Positions 27,722-40,402 of a stretch of 64,000 nucleotides of DNA are shown piece after piece. Position 1 is the stretch's first letter; each line of letters opens with the position of its first letter. Both the position numbers and the translations under genes were made by a program. A model generated the notes under the pieces. That model did no database searches. It was not told the origin of the DNA and saw nothing but the letters and a program-made list of their open reading frames with translations. This stretch comes from Chara braunii (lineage: Eukaryota; Plantae; Charophyceae). The stretch is taken from the NCBI GenBank assembly GCA_003427395.1, contig BFEA01000017.1, forward strand, positions 3,266,969-3,330,968, written 5' to 3'.

Positions 27722-28100
27722 ATGGACGCGGCGATGGGTATGGCAACAAACGTGGAGAAGATGAACCACAGCTCAACTTGCACGACTCGTTTGGCATCGC
27801 ATGCTGAAAGGCCGTTGTTGGCGGCGGATCCCCACAGTGAGCTGATGGCCATGGCTGACGACTTTTCGGCGGCGGCGTGTACTCCTGCCAGTTGTCGTCC
27901 CGCTTACGCGGCAAAACGGCCGGCGTCGGCTACCTCCTTTTCTCCTTCCGCTTCTGCGCATTTGGCAGCTGACGACTTGATAGACGTTCATGGAATGCCG
28001 ACAGAGTCTCCCCTTCGGACTGTTCCTGCGGATGCTATCTCCGCTGTCGTGGATTGGGTCATACCGTTCGATCCGTCCCCTCTCCGTGTAGCGCAACAAG
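27722..28100 (+). CDS. Host gene exon 1 (predicted start)
   Basis: ATG-initiated GC-rich ORF ending CAAG/gtgagt (phase 1), compatible with the exon at 39013. Confidence 0.65.
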
Positions 28101-30896
28101 GTGAGTAATACGTAATAAATCTGTTGGCGCCGCCAAATAATCATTTGCAATATCCTTCCTTCCCTTCCTGATAGCGTTGGATCTGTTCGATTCGTCAAAT
28201 ATGGATTGAATGTAGTACTCTAAGATAAGAAAGCGGCGGCGTAACGACGAATGGATAGTTGATGAATGGATAGTTGATGAATGCCATGTGTGTAACGTGA
28301 TACTAATTTTTTTTCTTTTCTTTTTTTTTAAAGATATAGTAGTACTGCGCTTCTCATTTGTTCAACAATGTACTTGTGCCTCCATGTTTGTTTCTCTCTC
28401 CACGCGCCTGCTTCTTATAATATAATCATTTCAATGGAGTACTTGCTACTCATTTGTTTGGAGACCTGAACTTGTACTTCCACGTTCTTTCTTCTCTGCG
28501 CTTCCTTCGTTCGTCTTTTTTTGAACTTATTGCTTTGTTCTTTTTCTGCTTTTTTTTTGTTTTCCTTGAAAAGGGGAACGCCCTCTTGGGAGGTATCATC
28601 GTCAGATTGACCTGCCGCCGCTGGTAACTCAGAACGATGCTGTTTCATTCGGCTACCGTCTTCACCGGAATAGAACGCCCGGTCATTATAGCCGTATTTG
28701 GTGCAATTTTCCGCCCAGATACGGCGATAATTACCGGGCGTTCTATTCGGGTGAAGACGGTAGTGCCACCTGGATACGAACTCAGGTCTGTATTTCAACA
28801 GTGCATTGGTGTAGGAACTGAACCTCTTTTTTTTCCTTTTTTCTTTCATGTTTTCTTTGGTTATACTTGGAACCCGGCACCCTAAACGCTACATAGGGCA
28901 GGGGCAAACATGCCGTTACCCCTCTCCAACGACCGAGAGAGGTAACCTCCCTTGAGCGAAGAGAGGTAGGAAGCTATGCTTGCAGGGGTCCCCTGTAGAG
29001 CTTTAGGAGTAGTGGTAGGTAGGTAGTGAAAAGAAAGATATGTTGCATGACTGCCCCCCGATGAGGAGGGACAGTTGGAAGAAAGAAATGTGAGGTGAGA
29101 GAAAAGTACATGGCTGTCCCGCGATGAGGAGAAGGCAGCGTTTTTAATAACAAAAAAAAAGGCTTAGAGACCTGACAGCTGCTGCAGACCAGAGAATGCG
29201 TGCGCTGCTCTGTAGGTCTGCAGTGTCTGCTTGCTGCTGCGAAGTCTCCACCTACTGGGAGGTGTGTAGGTCTGATGAGTCTGCTTGCTGCTGCTAAGGC
29301 TCCACCACCTACTGTGAGGTGTGTAGGTCTGCTGTGTCTGCTTGCTGCTGCTAAGGCTCCGCCTACTGGCGAGCACCTCCACGTGATGGCAATCAGGGCT
29401 GTTCCGCGTGAGCCCTTCTCCTCCGTTCGTCGTCTATTTTTTTTCTTTTTTCTTTTTCCTCCTCTCTCTAAGCGTCTCGTTTCTCCATTCGTCGCGCGAA
29501 GCATTTGCATCTTCCACACGTTGTATTTTCCGGAAGCAGGGCGGAGGGGGGGAGAGGGTGGGTGGCGGGGGGACGATATTCTCAGCCCTAAGTCTCTGAT
29601 CTCTGCCGACCAAGATAAGTCTCCGTCTCTATATATGAAATGAAAGATAGACTTCGTCTCGCTGTATCTCCCCCTTGTGGTCGATTGGTATATACAAAGA
29701 GGCGGGGAGGGTGGCAGGGGGGCGATATTCTCAGGCGGAAGTCTCTGATCTCTTCCGACCAAGATAGTCTCCGTCTCTACATACTGTATAAAAAGAAAGA
29801 TAATCTTCATCTCGCTGTATCTCCCTTGTCGTCGAATGGTGTATACAGGGTGGGTGGGTGGGTGGGTGGGTGGCGGGGGGACGATATTCTCAGCCCTAAG
29901 TCTCTGATCTCTGCCGACCAAGATAGTGCCCGTCTCTATATATAAAAAGAATGATACTCTTCGTCTCGCTGTATCTCCCTTGTGGTCGATTGGTATATAC
30001 ACATTTTACGTTGCATATGTTCCAATACTGTTAATCTTCGTCTCGCCGATCATCTGTTGATGTACTCATGACCATTCGATGAGGTTAGTGTCTTTCTCCG
30101 CCGTAACAATAAGAGTTAGGTTCTGTCTCGCTCCCTGCCGTTCTTTCTCTGAGCACACAGGTACGGAGAGCCGTGTGCTTCGTGAACCCCAGATTGTTAT
30201 GGTACTCGTTTCATCGTGGTTCAAACGCACCTCTCATAACGGTGATACTTTAGGTTCAAATCCTACTATGCCTATCTGGATTCTGGGTGTATAGCTTAGT
30301 TGGTAGAGACTGGCCTTTTCTCTTTCATGAAGTTTCATCGCTTTTTCTTTGTTGCCTTGCTACTTGTGTATGTAAGTGAGGTTGAGAAAGGAGGGGAGGA
30401 AAGGAGGAGAGGAAAGGAGTGGAGGGTGATTGACGACGAACACAAATTGCGGTGAGGGTATGCGGTCGTCGTTGTCAAGGGGTTGAACCGAGTTTTGTAC
30501 GTGTGTACGCCCCCTGAGAGGGTGACAGGTGACATGGAGAATAACGTATAACGAAACTTGCAGTTGTTCATAGTCGTTCAGAATGTGCTGCTAACCTTCT
30601 TATTCTTACTTATTTCCTCAGACACCCGCGCACACAGACTCTCTCTCTCTCTCTCTCTCTTTGCTAGTTTTTAAACCCACTCTCTCTCTCTTTCTCTCTC
30701 TCACACACACTTACTAAATCTCTCTCTCTCTCTCTCTCTCTGTCGCTCCGACCGGCTGTCTTTTTGTATATTTTTGTATTCTATATAACCATTTTATTTT
30801 TTTTGCCACACCTGCATCGTTGGAGCAAACGCTATGCAGTCTTTCATTCTCTGTCGCCATTGCGGCTAGAGGTGTGGACGGTGCTTGGAATAAGTA

Positions 30897-30931
<35 letters not shown>

Positions 30932-33900
30932 GTGGTCCTATGCGATACCTTTGTTAACATAAGAAGGATTTCACATTGTTAACATAAGAAGGATTTGACA
31001 TTGTTAACATCGTTGGAGCAAACGCTATGCAGAGTCTTTCATTCTCTGATTGTTAACATAAGAAGGATTTGACATTGTTAACATCGTTGGAGCAAACGCT
31101 ATGCAGAGTCTTTCATTCTCTGTCGCCATTGCGGCTAGAGGTGTGGACAGTGCTTGGAATAACTATTTTTATTTATTTATTTTATTTTTTATGTGGTCCG
31201 ATGGACAACGGATCAGATATGAAACTGATCAGAACAGATACTACACTTGACCTTAGCCAAAAGGCCGAGGAGGGTATAGACTAACGAATTTTGACTGAGA
31301 TAGATGATGCTTATTTTCTGCTTGCGTCACAAGAAAACGCTCGTTGAAACTGGTCCTGCCATTATCTTTGTCGCCATCGTCGTTAGTGATACAGGGGACA
31401 CGGTTCGATGGACAGGAGGTGCTACTTGGCAATGGCAGCTGTGCGTGGCCGCTATTGGGCCTCGGTCCACTACTCAGCAAATGTGCAGAATGAGAGTGAA
31501 TCTTCGGCTAGAACATGGAAAGATACAGAGCCATATTTTTTGTCGTTTTTGCATGTGGAGAGTGGTGCAGCAAGGCCCATTGTCTGCAAGGAAGATAGAG
31601 CCGAGAGACATCGGGCCTCGCTCCACTACTCACTAAATGCACAAAAGACAAGAAAACGTGGCGGGGTATCTTTCCATGTTCTAGCCGAAGATTCATTCAC
31701 GAAGATTCTGCACATTTGCTGCTGAGTAATGGAGCGAGCCCGATCGGCGTCCTCCTGCTTTTTGGGTTTCGCACAGAGTCCGTTTCTGAACGCGTGGGCG
31801 ATACCCGAAACCTCTTTTTTTTTTTCTTTTTTGAATATTCAAAAAAAAAATAAAAAAAAAATACAAAATTTGGACCATTTCTCGATTTATGCGTGTCATC
31901 CTTACGCAGCAGGGGCCATTTGCTAATTTACTGTATCGTTCCAATTTTAACGGATGTCCCGAAGGACCCCGAAGCCTCTTTGGGATATCGGAATCTCACC
32001 AAGGCGATTTCGCTCGAAAAAATTTGACTGTCTTTACGGATACGGTTCACTACGTAAAAAGAAGAGACTTGGATGAAACTCAAAGTTCAACCGATGACCA
32101 ATATTTTGGATATGTGCAGTTTCCCCGATAAGTGAAACACATAACTTCAGGATGAGTGAGTGGAACAGACTGGAGAATTTGTCCCAAAAAAAAAAAAAAA
32201 ACTTCAGCAGGACGAGTGCTATTCTTAAGAGTACTGAACGAGTGGTTTGGAGCTATGAGTGCTATTCTTAAGAGTACTGAACGAGTGGTTTGGAGCTATG
32301 TTCCCCCTTTCAGGATGAATGCTATTTATTCTGTATAAGTGAAACTGACTTCAGTATTAATGCCATTTCTAAGAGGATTGAACGACTAGTTTGGCGCCAT
32401 TTTTCCCTTCAGCAGCAGGATTAATGCTAATCTATAAGTGAAACTAACTTCAGGATTAATGCTATTCTAAGAGAGGATTGAACTAGTTTGGCGCCATTTT
32501 TCCCTTCAGCAGCAGGATTAATGCTAATCTATAAGTGAATCTTACCTCAGGATTCATGCTATTCTAAGATGATGAATGCTATTCTAAGATGATGAATGCT
32601 ATTCTAAGATGAGTAGCGAACGAGTCGTTTGGAGCCATTTTTCCCTTTAGCCGGATTTATGCTATTCTACACGTTAAACTAACTTCAGGACTCGTGCTAT
32701 TCTAAGAGGATCAATGCTATTCTAAGAGGATCAATGCTATTCTAAGAGGATCAATGCTATTCTAAGAGGATTGAACGAGTGGTTTGGAGCCATCTTTCCC
32801 TGCGGGACTCCGACAGGAGGAGAGACAACAACCACTACCGGTAGTAGGCGATTGATTTGCCACGCTGTCGATACTCTTGTCGAAGTGGCCAACAACTCCC
32901 CGCCTCCTGTCTTTGTGGAGTAGACCACGTGACCAACTGGCCTAGCTCAGTCGGTACATCCCTGAAATGTGGAAGCACAGACCTAAATGCAAACTCCACT
33001 GGAAGCAGATGAGTTAAGCACTTCAAAAAATCTGAATTACCGAGGGCCGGTCGGTTCGATGATGATATTTCAAGGCCGTCATCTTTTTTTTTTGAAGAAA
33101 AGAAAGTAGTAAGGATTGAAGAAAAGAAAGAACATTCCGCACGACAGTAGTCGTAGGACAGGTGTTAGATCAGCCGTTAGGCATGAGCTATACCGGCTTG
33201 CCCCGTAGACGAGACACCCTGTTTTTGATCACGACTGTATAGGAACGGAAAGATGGGTTGCATACATTCACAATCAGGGTACATTATGTTGGGGAGAAGA
33301 CGGTAGTAGCAGTGGTAATAAATACACCTCCGTGTGTATTTTGCCACCTTTTGTGGGCAGATGCACTTACGCTTTTTTTCGGAGAAGACGGTAATAAATA
33401 CACATCAAGATGATTGAAGTGCATGCGAAGAATATACCGAGCAGTGGTATTTGCAAGCATTCTCTTCCCAGGCATGGGTTTGTGATGGCATTGCTCATGG
33501 CAGCTGTGTGGTTGTCCGACGTTTGGGCAGTCGTGGGGAAGGGGAGGGAAGGAGGAGGGGAGGGAGGGAGGGGAGGAGAGAGGAGGGGAGGTAAGGGAGG
33601 TAAGGGAGGNNNNNNNNNNNNNNNNNNNNNNNNNNNNNNNNNNNNNNNNNNNNNNNNNNNNNNNNNNNNNNNNNNNNNNGGGGAGGGAGGGGAGGGAGGG
33701 GACGCCGCTGTTGCGTTCAAATGAGGAACGACTGTTGTTGGTTGGGGTTGGAGCGGAAAACCCGGTGTATTTGTAGGAGAGGAAAAGCCGGGGGGAGTGG
33801 CTGGGGGGACGGTGATGCTTGGAAAGAGTCGAGTCCACCACCCCGTCTTCCTCCAAGCACAAGGCATCATCATTACGGCAGTATCCGACTAGGAAGCTGG

Positions 33901-36900
33901 GTTGTATCCAGTCAATATCAGGGTGCGTTATGTTCGGGAGGAAGACGGTAGGACGGAGCCGAAGTTGGACATTTCAAACTGAAATGTGGCAAACCGATAC
34001 CATAAATCTGAACGTCGTCATCGGGAAATCTCGAGAGATCTTCACAGGGCCTCGCTCCGGTGCTCACCAGGTGCGCAAAATGAGAACGAATCTTCTGCTA
34101 GAACGTGGGAAGATACGCACCAGCACATCTTTTGTCTTGTGTGCGTGTGGTGAGTAGTGAAACGGAATCCACCCATGCTGGGGCCAAGTCCCACTAGCAG
34201 CGTTGAGCTACTTCAACGCCTGAATCTGGACTCTTTTGCGGAGATAGGCAGAAATGGTGTTGAGTTTGCTGAACTGCACGTCACCACAAACACGTCCAGA
34301 TTCAGGCGTTGAGGTAGCTCAACGCTGCTAGTGGGACTTGTCCCCTGGCCGAATTTCTTTTCCTTTTGACATATTATCATCCAACTGACCGGCCCTAGGA
34401 ATTGTAATATTTTACTCATCTGCTACCAGTGAAGTCCTAACTCAGGGCATACTCACAGTAGGACCTTTTTACTTATGGTTCGACGTGAATGCGGCCAGGT
34501 ACATCCACGTCTGGCTGTAAATGCGGTCAGATACATTTACGATGGCGCTAGTGTGAGTACGACCTCAGGTATGTATTTCAACGGTTCAGGGGTGTACCAA
34601 TGGAGCTAGGCCAGTTGGTTGCTGGCGGAGTTGGGGGGGGGAGAGGTGGGGTGGGGGGGGGGGCGAGAGGCCTTTTGCCTTGCGCTTGCTTCTTCTGTGC
34701 TTATGGGCGTCGTTCCTCTACAGCCTTCCCCCGAACACAACGTACGGTCATTATAGCTGAATTTAGACCGAAAGATGCGCACCAAATTCAGCTATAATGA
34801 CCAAATTCAGCTATAATGACCGTACGTTGTATTCGGGGGAAGACTGTAGTCACGAAATGTGCAAAATGATGCTGCTTATGCGCTTATGGGCCTCGCTCCA
34901 CTACTTACCAAATGTGCAAAATGAAAATGAATCTTCTGCTAGAACGTGGAAAGATACACCGCCGTATTTTTTTGCCTTTTGTGCATGCGGTGAGTAGTGT
35001 ACCGAGGCCCTATGCCGAATTGCCGGCAGTAAAAAAAAAAAAAGCACAGTTGTATTCACTGAGAGCAAACCGGAAAGAATTTCGGGAAGAAGTACGAATA
35101 GGAAAAAGAAAAAGGACGAGAAGTTTGTCTTGGACGGGATCTCAGGAAAAAAGACTCCAACGGAAACAAAAAAAAAAAAGAAAAAAAAAAAAGAATCCAA
35201 AGGGCTGGGTTTATGTGGCATCCGCATGCAGGGGTGCTATTATGGATGTGATTTGGAGGCTCAGAAATGACAGATTATGCAGAAATGACAGAAAAAAAGG
35301 GGTCCTTCGCCGGGATATCCGTCAAAATTGGATCGTTGGAACTTACAGAGGGAGAAGCATGGACGCTGTGCAAGGATGACACGCATAAATCGGGAAATGG
35401 TACAAAGGAAAAAGAAAAAAAGAAAGAGTAAGGAAACATTGGTCCACTGAAACAAAAAAATAAAGAGTAATCGGCGCAGAAAGAAGATGCTGTTGAGCTT
35501 GAGGGTCTGGCCGCACGGCACACTAAACGAAAACGAAACGAGTGCATCTGCCCACAAAAGGTGGCAAAATACACGTTACTATGGGCCTCGCTGCAATAGA
35601 GAGCACTCTACGTGCATTTAGACGCTTTCTCGGCCCGGCACATTCAGAATGTTGGACTCGTCCGAATGCGGCTGGTCCAGAAAGCTGCCAAATGCATGTA
35701 GAGTGCTGTGTAGTGCAGCGGTGCCCTATTTATAGCAAACCGATGAACCTGGCCATTTTCAGTGGGAAGATACATTCGTTTCGTTTTTCGTTTCGTGTGC
35801 CGTGCGGCAACGCCCTGACTCTAGTTCGACTCCGTGACATGGGGCGTCGCTGCACTACTCTCGAAATGTGCAAAACGAGAGTGAATCTTCCGCTAGAATA
35901 TGGCCAGATACACCGCCATGGTTTTTGTCTGTTGTGCATGTCGAGAGTAGTGCAGCGAGGCCCATGACTTGTGATGCGTAGAAAAAGAAAGGGGACAAAA
36001 AAAAAGAGTATCAACGAAGCCTAGCTCAGGTGGTAAACCCATGAACTGTTGGAATGGGGAACCAAGTTCGGATCCAGATGACGGAACTACCGTCTTCGCC
36101 CGAATAAAACGTACGGCGATTAGTGCTGTATCTAGATTCAAAGTTGCCCCAAATACAGCTATAATGACCGTACGTTGTATTCGAACGTTGTATTCGAGCG
36201 TAGATGCTTGTCTGTTGAAAAGGCATTCGCGTGTGGCTCGCCAGAGGTGGAAAATTTGGTCACGTAGATCTTGGGCCTCGCTGCACTACTCTTGAAATGC
36301 ACAAAAATTCATGGCCGTATATCTTTCCATATTCTAGCGGAAGATTCACTCTCGTTTTGCACATTTCGAGAATAGTGCAGCGAGGCCCCTTGTATTTTGC
36401 CGAAATTTGTCGGTTACTATGCACAGCAGCAGACGAACGAAACAAAATTTCAAAAAAAGAAAAACAAAGAGTGTTGTTCTTGTACAAACATGCTTGCCGG
36501 GGGCCAAGTCCCACTTGCAGCGTTGAGCTACCTCAACGCCTGAATCTGGACGCTTTTGCGGAGATGTGCAGAAACGGTGTTGAGTTTCCTGAACTGCACG
36601 TCTCCAAAAACACGTCCAGATTCAGGCGTTGAGGTAGCTCGACGCTGCTAGTGGGACTTGGCCCCGGGAATAAGTAACCTGACTGTTGCCCCCCACAATA
36701 GAAGGGGCCTTTCTATAAAACAAAAAAAAAACAAAAAAAAAACAAGAAAGAATAGAAGGGGCCTTTCTGTTTGTTTTTTTTTTTTTTTTTTTTAGGCCTT
36801 TCTGTTTTGAAAAAAGGGAAAACGAAGAAAAAACGAAGAGAAGAACCGCGTTATTTTGAAGGTAGAAGAGCAGAAAAACATAGCGTTTGGGAGCTAGGAA

Positions 36901-38690
36901 CTGAAAACAAGACTCAGAGAGGAAGAAAGAGATTTCTTCTTTGCAGACTGGGGGCCTCGCTCTCCACGCCTCACCACATGCACAAATGAACAAAAAGTAC
37001 GGCGGCGGTGTATCTTAGCGGAATATTCATTCTCATTTTGCACATTTGGTGAGTAGTACCGCCACGCCCCGAGTACAAGGATGTATGTATCGTTCAAGAG
37101 CCACAACACTGTTTCACTGAAGGACTTCACATCACAAGCAAGTTTTGAGATAAACGGTTATCTCCTTTTGAGATAAACGTTTTTGGACGCAGGATTTTAA
37201 AAGCGGAAACATTGTTAACGTAAGAAGGATTTCACACCTTCAAAACGTTTTTGAGGATTTCACACTTCCTTTGAGATGAACGGTTTTGGACGTCAGGATT
37301 TTAAGATCGATACCTTTGTTAACATAAGAAGGATTTCACATTGTTAACATAAGAAGGATTTGACATTGTTAACATAAGAAGGATTTCACAGCTCCAAAAC
37401 GTTGTTAAGTGAAGGATTTTGAGACCTTTGGGATTGACGTTTTTTGGACGTCAGGATTTTACGAGCGATTGACGTTTCATTTCATCCACCGGCCTAGCTT
37501 AGTTGGTAAGGCACCCAAGTGGATTTCAGGAGGTCTTGGGTTCGATCCCCAGTGGCCTCATGTGCCTTCCTGGGCATGCTTGGCGCCCGCCACCTAGAGA
37601 TAGCCCGTTGGTCCCCCCAATTGACATTAATTAAAAAAGCAGTCTCTGCTGATGTTCATAGGGGCAGGGGTCATCAGGGCAGCACAGCGACTGGACCCAC
37701 TCAGATGATGCTAGGTCCCTCTGCTACCGGCTGTACCCCCTGGCCGGTGTCCCTAAAGGTAATAAATAAAGGCCACCCGGTGTCAGATTAGACACAAGAT
37801 TGAATTTACCTGGGCTGGTTAATTCGATGATAATACCTCAAGGACGTCGCGGTTCGGTGAAGGGAAAAAAAAAACCTTACGGGTTTCACACCTCCAAAAG
37901 GATTTCACACCTCCTTTTTTAGGATAAACGTTTTGGGAAAAAAAAACCCGTAAGGATTTCACACCTCCTTTTTAGGATAAACGTTTCTGGACGCAGTATT
38001 TTAAGAGCGATAACATTCTTAAGTTAAAGATTTCACACAATTCCAACAAAGAGTTGCGTTGTTAACTGAAGGATTTCACACCTGCAAAATATTGTTAGCC
38101 GGAGGATTTCTCTCTTCCATCAGCAGATTTCAGCCCTGCTGTTGCTTTCCTCCTTCCCCCCTCCCAATGAACATCCTTGGACTGTGTCCTTCTCCCGTCT
38201 CCCCCCTGTACCCCCCAACTGAATTTGAAATTATGGTCCAGCGACGGAATTTCTGCGGTACGTGCAATTGGGTTGGCAGCTAGGTGGAGTACAGAAACCA
38301 AATTTGTATCTACCTTGTTAACCCGACGGTCTGCATTTGACTCTTGATCCGCGAATTATGAATTAACTTCAATTAAGGGAATGTGGAAGCATATAATGAC
38401 GGTGTGAATAAAAGTTTTTTCCCCTGAAAATGAATGTAGACCCGGTTTCCAGCAGGTGACGCTCCCCACCAATAGATGGAGCACGATGTCTTAAAAAAAA
38501 AAAGAAAGAAAAAGGTAGTTTCTTATGGTTTTTGGCTAGGCTACCAGAGTGGCCCAGGGCCACTTACCAGGCCGGGCCAAAAAAATAAAAATAAAAATAA
38601 AATATTTTTATTTTAAATTTAGTAAAGAATTTCGATGTGACCCTGAGGCAAAAGTTGTTCAGTTAATTTTTCTGCAGAACTTTTTTTTTT

Positions 38691-38726
<36 letters not shown>

Positions 38727-40357
38727 GGCGCTGGGGCTGCCTGCACGGCCGGGCCGTCCAGGAAAATAAGGTGACCCGGGCGGCCCGGTTGTAGCCTAGG
38801 TTTTTGGTTAGATTTTAGTCCGAATTTCTTTTTTGCTTCTTTCGCTTGCTTCGGTCTTTGGGCCTGCAATTACCCCACGAAATAAAAAATTGCCACGGAT
38901 ATTCTAAGACTGTTAACTCTGTAGTTTGTCTAGTACATGATTCTGTTTTTATTTTTATTTTTAATGCATGATTATTAATGCTGTGGGATTGGACGGACTT
39001 GGACCACTGCAGGAGATCGTGGGGAGGAAGAGTCAACTGTGTTGACTTCTGCTGAGCATCCGGAAGAGTGCGAAAACGCGTCGTCGTCTGGTCGTTCTTC
39101 GTCTGTGGATTTCGGAGGGAGAGGAGGCGGTTTCAACGATAATTGGTCGTTGTCGAAAGCATGGGACGCCTCTGTAATACCTCCCACGGCGTCTGCTGTC
39201 GCCGTTGGTGAGCAGATGTCAGACGGCGAATTTCATGAAGAAATTCCGCTCTTCAAACCCAGGCACGTAAGAGCTAGCTCACTTAGAGACAGCATGGCCT
39301 GGGACAAAGAGTTTCAGACGTTTTCAGAGGGTACGTGCGATGATCCCTAGCTGCTCCTCTTCATTTGCTGACGATATCCTTTGGCCTTTTTCCGTCTCGA
39401 GTTTGACATCGACGTTTGACTGCACGTACATCTATATACGGAGGGTTCAGCCTCCTGATGAGTCTGTGAAACTCAGACGAATTCACAGCCCCCCCGTTCC
39501 TCGTCCTTTACTCCCTTTCTGCGAACTGTTCTCCACACAGTTCTCTATGACTATATATATATAGTCAAACAGAGCTGCCCGGTAAAGCGTAGGCAGAGAG
39601 GGAGAAGAGGACAACAATATGTTCATTGTATTTGTATCCTTTAGGACGATGTATATGTGAATAAATATCGTCAGTCATATATATGTATATATGCTACTGA
39701 CGAAACATATCTGTACATATATAGATATATCCCTCTCTGCCAACGGTTTACTGCTCAGTTCTGTTTGAAGATATATAGATATAGATATCTATTTACGTAT
39801 TATCTATACATATATAGTACAGGTCTATGTATATGTATTATCCATATGTATGTATATATATGACGATATATATACATATATATGGGGCTCCTCTTTCTGA
39901 CTGGTCGATAGAATTAAGCGATCAGGAGCAACACTGATTCTAGAACAGATAAAAGAAAGAAAGAGAGAAAGTACAATTTCTGGAGAAAAGAAAAAAGAAA
40001 AAAGAAAACAAGAAAAAAGAAAACAAGACAAAAGAAAACAAGGAAAAAATATGTTGAATTTTGTAGTGACAGTGGCAATTGGTTTATCTGTGGGATGTGT
40101 CATTTGCTTTCTTTCTTTGTCTTTTCTTTGACATTTCTCTTTCTCTTGCCTCTGTAAGGTCTGGTTTCCTCCTCCTTTTCTTTACCTCTTTGCCTTTTGG
40201 CTGCGTGCAAGTGGGTCCTTGTGACACACGGGGATGGGGGCGCTCAACCTGTCATCCACGTGGCTGGCCTTGTACGTAAGAGGTGATGAACAGGTGGGGC
40301 TTTCCTTCTTTTCCTTGTCTTGCTTTTTTTTGCCTTCGCGCTCTGATTCACAGTGTG

Positions 40358-40402
<45 letters not shown>

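Noticed and set aside
28574-28623. Possible 50-nt exon (aaag/GGGAACG...CTG/gtaact)
   Set aside because: It ends in phase 0, whereas the exon at 39013 needs phase 1; exon 1 already joins 39013 in frame.
28974-30002. 342-aa minus-strand ORF
   Set aside because: Open only because it runs through tandem repeats; no domain signal.
39441-39485. Hammerhead-like CTGATGA-GTCTG/CAGAC-GAA
   Set aside because: It has GAAT instead of GAAA, no NUH triplet next to stem I and no stem III.
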